A stretch of DNA of 64,000 nt from Candidatus Nealsonbacteria bacterium (GTDB lineage: Bacteria; Patescibacteriota; Minisyncoccia; Minisyncoccales; MHMH01): contig JACPGX010000002.1 of NCBI GenBank assembly GCA_016188865.1, positions 2,398-66,397 of the forward strand, in the 5' to 3' direction. The position numbers and the translations under genes are program-made. Position 1 is the first letter of the stretch. Every line of letters starts with the position of its first letter. A model generated the notes under the pieces. That model saw only the letters and a list, made by a program, of their open reading frames with translations. It was not told the origin of the DNA and made no database searches. Positions 60,991 to 64,000 of this stretch are shown here, piece after piece.

Positions 60991-61398
60991 TCAAACATCA
61001 AATAGCACGGTTGCTTCAAAAAGTCCATCTTTATTTTTACGAATATCTAATCCGTGATAAGTGACGGCCTTGATATCTTCGCCGAATATATCAACTTTAT
61101 GACCGGAGAGCCCGGCCTCCAATCCCGTATCAGAGAATTTCTTGAATTTTATTTTATCGTAAACCTCTTTGTTCGTTTGAATCAAATACAAAATCTCGTT
61201 CAAAAAATCCACCAACAACGCATTTAAATCCAATGATTTTACTTTGATGTTTCGGATTTCGGATTTCGTGCTTCGGATTTCCGGCCGAAGGCCGGCTATC
61301 ATTCCCAGCATCGCATTCAAAAACAGCTCTTCTTTGGTTTTAGCCCAAACCCTAATCTTAAAATCTCCTGTATGTTCTAAAACTGCATACTGCTTCAT
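60991..61398 (-). CDS. Archease (RtcB activator)
   Basis: LEHTGDFKIRVWAKTKEELF N-terminus and VTYHGLDI near the C-terminus. Confidence 0.85.
   Translation of the reverse strand: MKQYAVLEHTGDFKIRVWAKTKEELFLNAMLGMIAGLRPEIRSTKSEIRNIKVKSLDLNALLVDFLNEILYLIQTNKEVYDKIKFKKFSDTGLEAGLSGHKVDIFGEDIKAVTYHGLDIRKNKDGLFEATVLFDV
61250..61284. repeat. Heptanucleotide tandem repeat (TTTCGGA-type, 5 units) inside the archease gene
   Basis: tttcgga tttcgga tttcgtg cttcgga tttccgg. Encodes PEIRSTKSEIRNIK. Same unit as in argS. Confidence 0.85.
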
Positions 61399-61469
61399 AT
61401 ATTTTTATGTTATCAATTGCTGTTATTGACATCAAGCTGAATTAAGTTAATCTCTAAATAACGAGGGAG

Positions 61470-61961
61470 GTGATCATTGAAATGATGGATAAAGAATCTT
61501 TAAGAAAACAATTTACGGAGAGAGAGCCGTTTGCTCGATTGCTTAAGATAAGACTCTTGAATTTAATTGATGGCCGCGCCGAAATGGAGCTTCTCGTCAC
61601 GTCTCGTTTATTAAACGCGAACAACGTGGTTATGGGCGGGGTGATAGTCGTCTTAGCGGATATGGCAGCACCCTACGCAGCGATGACTTTACTCAATAAT
61701 GACGAAGTGCTCGCAACAATTCGGGCAAGTGTAAAATTTATCAAGCCAATAATACTCCAAGATAATGGATTAATAGCAATAGCATTAGCTGGAAAACTCA
61801 AACTTGAAAAAGATGACAAACAGCGAATCCAAAAAATAATAGATGTTAAAGTAGAAATTATTTCCAAAAAAACTAATGCCCAAAAAGCTCTTTATGGGGG
61901 AACTTTCTTGGTTTTACCTAAACTCATAATGAAAAAAATTATCGAGCGAGAACAGAGTTAA
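61470..61961 (+). CDS. PaaI-type hotdog-fold thioesterase
   Basis: NANNVVMGGVIVVLADMA core pattern. The start codon is uncertain (GTG at 61470 or ATG at 61482). Confidence 0.7.
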   Translation: MIIEMMDKESLRKQFTEREPFARLLKIRLLNLIDGRAEMELLVTSRLLNANNVVMGGVIVVLADMAAPYAAMTLLNNDEVLATIRASVKFIKPIILQDNGLIAIALAGKLKLEKDDKQRIQKIIDVKVEIISKKTNAQKALYGGTFLVLPKLIMKKIIEREQS

Positions 61962-61994
61962 TATAAAAAGGTGACGAAATCGTCACCTTTTTTA
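61961..61994. repeat. Terminator hairpin, left copy of a 34-nt duplication flanking the PaaX-like cassette
   Basis: ATATAAAAAGGTGACGAAATCGTCACCTTTTTTAT. Repeated at 62703-62736 with only the loop changed (AAA versus TTT). Confidence 0.85.
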
Positions 61995-62028
61995 TTCCAA
62001 AATCTGCCAAAAAATTAAATATCTAAAT

Positions 62029-62064
62029 AACGTACAATTCAAACCATGGTTTCAATCTTACGTT
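62029..62064. promoter_or_regulatory. CCATGG-type 36-bp palindrome (copy L2), overlapping the stop of PaaX-like paralogue 2
   Basis: AACGTACAATTCAAACCA|TGGTTTCAATCTTACGTT. Confidence 0.6.
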
Positions 62065-62635
62065 ATTGTATTTTGAAAATTTTTCTTAGGGGACTGTCGT
62101 CTCCCATGTTTTCGGCGGTAATTAAGCGAATCTCCTTTTCGCTCAAGCCGAAAAAATCTCTCAGGAGGTCTATCTCATCCTTACAGGGATAGGGGTGGAC
62201 CCAAACACTTTTTTGAAGAGGACAAAAACCCAATTCTTTCAATTTACCCCTGAAGGCATTGCGTTGCAGATTTTTAAGCTGGGCGATGTCAAAAATTACT
62301 ATTCTCCATTTCTTGTCCCATTTTTTAGGTTTATTGATTTTCAGGCTATCAATCTGGAATATTTCCGCTATCTTTTTTCCTCTATCGGTTAGAGAAATAT
62401 AAATTTGGTGGTTCCTTTCTTTTGCAATAATACACCCCTGCTTTTTAAGATTATAAAAGGCGTCGTAAACTTTTTTTCTTTTATATTCTGGCTTCTTCAA
62501 ATTCTTCACCAAATTAATAGTGAAATATGGGGAGCCAGCTGCGATACAAACCGCGCCAGCTGCTGCCAGCCCCTTTAAAATATCTTTGGCAATCTCCGAC
62601 CTTGGTTTTGCAAAATAATATTTATATTTACTCAT
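62063..62635 (-). CDS. PaaX-like / Cas2-fold domain protein (paralogue 2)
   Basis: Aligns end to end with 23197..23769 with a single one-residue indel. Most positions are identical, including KWDKKWRIVIFDI.QLKNLQRNAFRGKL.ELGF.PLQKSVW. Confidence 0.6.
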   Translation of the reverse strand: MSKYKYYFAKPRSEIAKDILKGLAAAGAVCIAAGSPYFTINLVKNLKKPEYKRKKVYDAFYNLKKQGCIIAKERNHQIYISLTDRGKKIAEIFQIDSLKINKPKKWDKKWRIVIFDIAQLKNLQRNAFRGKLKELGFCPLQKSVWVHPYPCKDEIDLLRDFFGLSEKEIRLITAENMGDDSPLRKIFKIQ

Positions 62636-62664
62636 ATTTAATAATTATAACACAATGGCATGAC

Positions 62665-62700
62665 GACGTAAATTTGCAACCATGGTGTGAATTGTACGTT
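62665..62700. promoter_or_regulatory. CCATGG-type 36-bp palindrome (copy R2), upstream of PaaX-like paralogue 2
   Basis: GACGTAAATTTGCAACCA|TGGTGTGAATTGTACGTT. The right half-site matches the L2 left half-site. Confidence 0.55.
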
Positions 62701-62702
62701 AA

Positions 62703-62736
62703 ATATAAAAAGGTGACGATTTCGTCACCTTTTTTA
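62703..62736. repeat. Terminator hairpin, right copy of the 34-nt duplication
   Basis: ATATAAAAAGGTGACGATTTCGTCACCTTTTTTAA, directly after the korB stop. Confidence 0.85.
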
Positions 62737-62738
62737 AT

Positions 62739-63587
62739 TTATGATTGATTAATTTTTCTTATTCTTTCAAGATAACCCTCTCTTTCTGGCGCCCTGTAAA
62801 TAATTCCGTAATATGGCCTTTCTTTCAAAGCGACTTCCACCAGCTTTCTGGCCAAATCTTTATTGCCGGGATCATGAAGCCACTTTTCGCCATTGGGCAG
62901 CTCAATTATTTCTCCTTCTTTGAGATAGCAGCAATTTTGCTTTAAGTGAGAAATCCAATCCCCTTCCTGAAAAGAAACGCACTGGCTTTGCACATTAACG
63001 AAAGAAAAACCCTTATACGTTATCGCCGCTTTAAGTATTCCCACCAAATGCGGCACATTGGTAGCCAACCCCTGCGCAAGGAAACCCGTGCCGAATGTCA
63101 ACATATCCAGCAACGGGTCAACCGGCGGATTCAAACTATGGGAAGTTAAAATATCTTCCTTGTAGGGAGTAGTCGGGCTTGTCTGGCCTTTAGTCATGGC
63201 GTAAACCTGATTATCAAGCATGATGCAGGCAATATCAACATTTCTTCTGACTGCATGCGGCAAATGCTCAGTGCCGATGCTGAATAAATCCCCGTCTCCG
63301 CCGATAGCCAACACCGTCAAATCCAACCCCAAGCTCTCTGCGGCAAGTTTTGCTCCCTGGCTGATAGGCAAAGCCCTCCCGTGAATCCCGTTAATGCCGT
63401 AAGTTTTCAAATAACCCACTACCCTGGAAGAGCAGCCAATGCCGGTAGCAACAAATAGTTTATGGTTGGGAATTTTAAGTTCGGAAAATGTTCTAGCTAA
63501 GGCGCTTAGGAAGCCGTAGTCTCCGCAGCCCGGGCACCAAATAGGCTTCAGCTCATTGAGATAGCATTTGGGATCGCACTCTGTCAT
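62739..63587 (-). CDS. korB: 2-oxoacid:ferredoxin oxidoreductase, beta (TPP-binding) subunit
   Basis: WCPGCGDYG N-terminal motif and the GDGD TPP-binding motif (IGGDGDLFSIG). Confidence 0.9.
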   Translation of the reverse strand: MTECDPKCYLNELKPIWCPGCGDYGFLSALARTFSELKIPNHKLFVATGIGCSSRVVGYLKTYGINGIHGRALPISQGAKLAAESLGLDLTVLAIGGDGDLFSIGTEHLPHAVRRNVDIACIMLDNQVYAMTKGQTSPTTPYKEDILTSHSLNPPVDPLLDMLTFGTGFLAQGLATNVPHLVGILKAAITYKGFSFVNVQSQCVSFQEGDWISHLKQNCCYLKEGEIIELPNGEKWLHDPGNKDLARKLVEVALKERPYYGIIYRAPEREGYLERIRKINQS

Positions 63588-64000
63588 CTTAGCGCCTCCT
63601 CAAAAAAATCCACCATCTCTTTCCTGGACCAAGGCCTTCCGCCAGCTCGCTTCAGGGGATAAATCTTTTTCGGAAAATCAAAGTAGCGTCTCAAATATCT
63701 GCGGTACTGGCCTGAATAATTCATTTCAACAATGATAAGTTTTTGCAGGCCCTTTAGAAATTGGCCAATCGCATTTATCGGTATAGGCGCTATAATCTCC
63801 GGGATGCAAACCTTAATTTTATTTTCCAGGCCCATGCTCTTTATGGCGCCCAACGATGCCTCACCGGAAGACCCCCAGGAAATTAAGCCGATTTTTGCTT
63901 TTTCTGGACCAAAAATCTTTACCAAATCGCTGCGATCTCTTAGGGGGTCGAGTTTTTTGGTAATCTTTTCCTGCATCTTTTGGTGCCACTCCGAAGAATT
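63584..64000 (-). CDS. korA: 2-oxoacid:ferredoxin oxidoreductase, alpha subunit (C-terminal part; gene runs off the window)
   Basis: The frame stays open to the window edge (..NSSEWHQKMQEKITK..). Overlaps the korB start by 4 nt. Confidence 0.75.
   Translation of the reverse strand, partial: NSSEWHQKMQEKITKKLDPLRDRSDLVKIFGPEKAKIGLISWGSSGEASLGAIKSMGLENKIKVCIPEIIAPIPINAIGQFLKGLQKLIIVEMNYSGQYRRYLRRYFDFPKKIYPLKRAGGRPWSRKEMVDFFEEALR

Overview
Low-GC, gene-dense bacterial window using the standard genetic code. It holds about 75 protein genes (most on the minus strand), one tRNA-Arg(CCG) and a tmRNA. No rRNA, CRISPR array, transposase, integrase or reverse transcriptase is visible.

The backbone is housekeeping:
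- four aminoacyl-tRNA synthetases (metG, glyQS, ileS, argS)
- tgt, rsmI, recO, smpB-ssrA, infC-rpmI-rplT, purF and purine salvage genes (prs, apt, MTAP)
- an archaeal-flavoured repair and RNA toolkit: PolX, EndoQ, RtcB plus archease, Elp3, Memo-like
- some amino-acid and acyl-CoA metabolism: trx-grdC-grdA, tdh-kbl, hbd, acyl-CoA dehydrogenase, ahcY, 2-oxoacid:ferredoxin oxidoreductase

The gene content suggests an uncultivated, possibly CPR/Patescibacteria-like bacterium. That is inference only.

Main findings:
1. A 5.9-kb accessory island (25.4-31.3 kb) lies between argS and tdh. It encodes an AAA_5/MoxR-like ATPase, an HExxH plus vWA(MIDAS) protein, a stand-alone copy of the ATPase N-domain, and four otherwise unrelated proteins that all end in the same 31-33 aa double-NPWE tail. 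The island also has duplicated promoter-leader and terminator modules.
2. grdA is a selenoprotein gene that the ORF track splits at an in-frame UGA.
3. IleS carries a complete histidine-phosphatase (PGAM-type) domain inserted between its two CxxC knuckles.
4. A family of about 43-nt GC-rich palindromic elements sits in three intergenic spacers. It is also inserted in-frame, in different reading frames, in tgt, ileS, elp3 and the Memo-like gene.
5. Tandem repeats of 7-8 nt sit inside at least seven housekeeping genes.
6. Two paralogous PaaX/Cas2-fold cassettes are each bracketed by about 36-bp CCATGG-centred palindromes. One looks like an insertion that duplicated a terminator hairpin.
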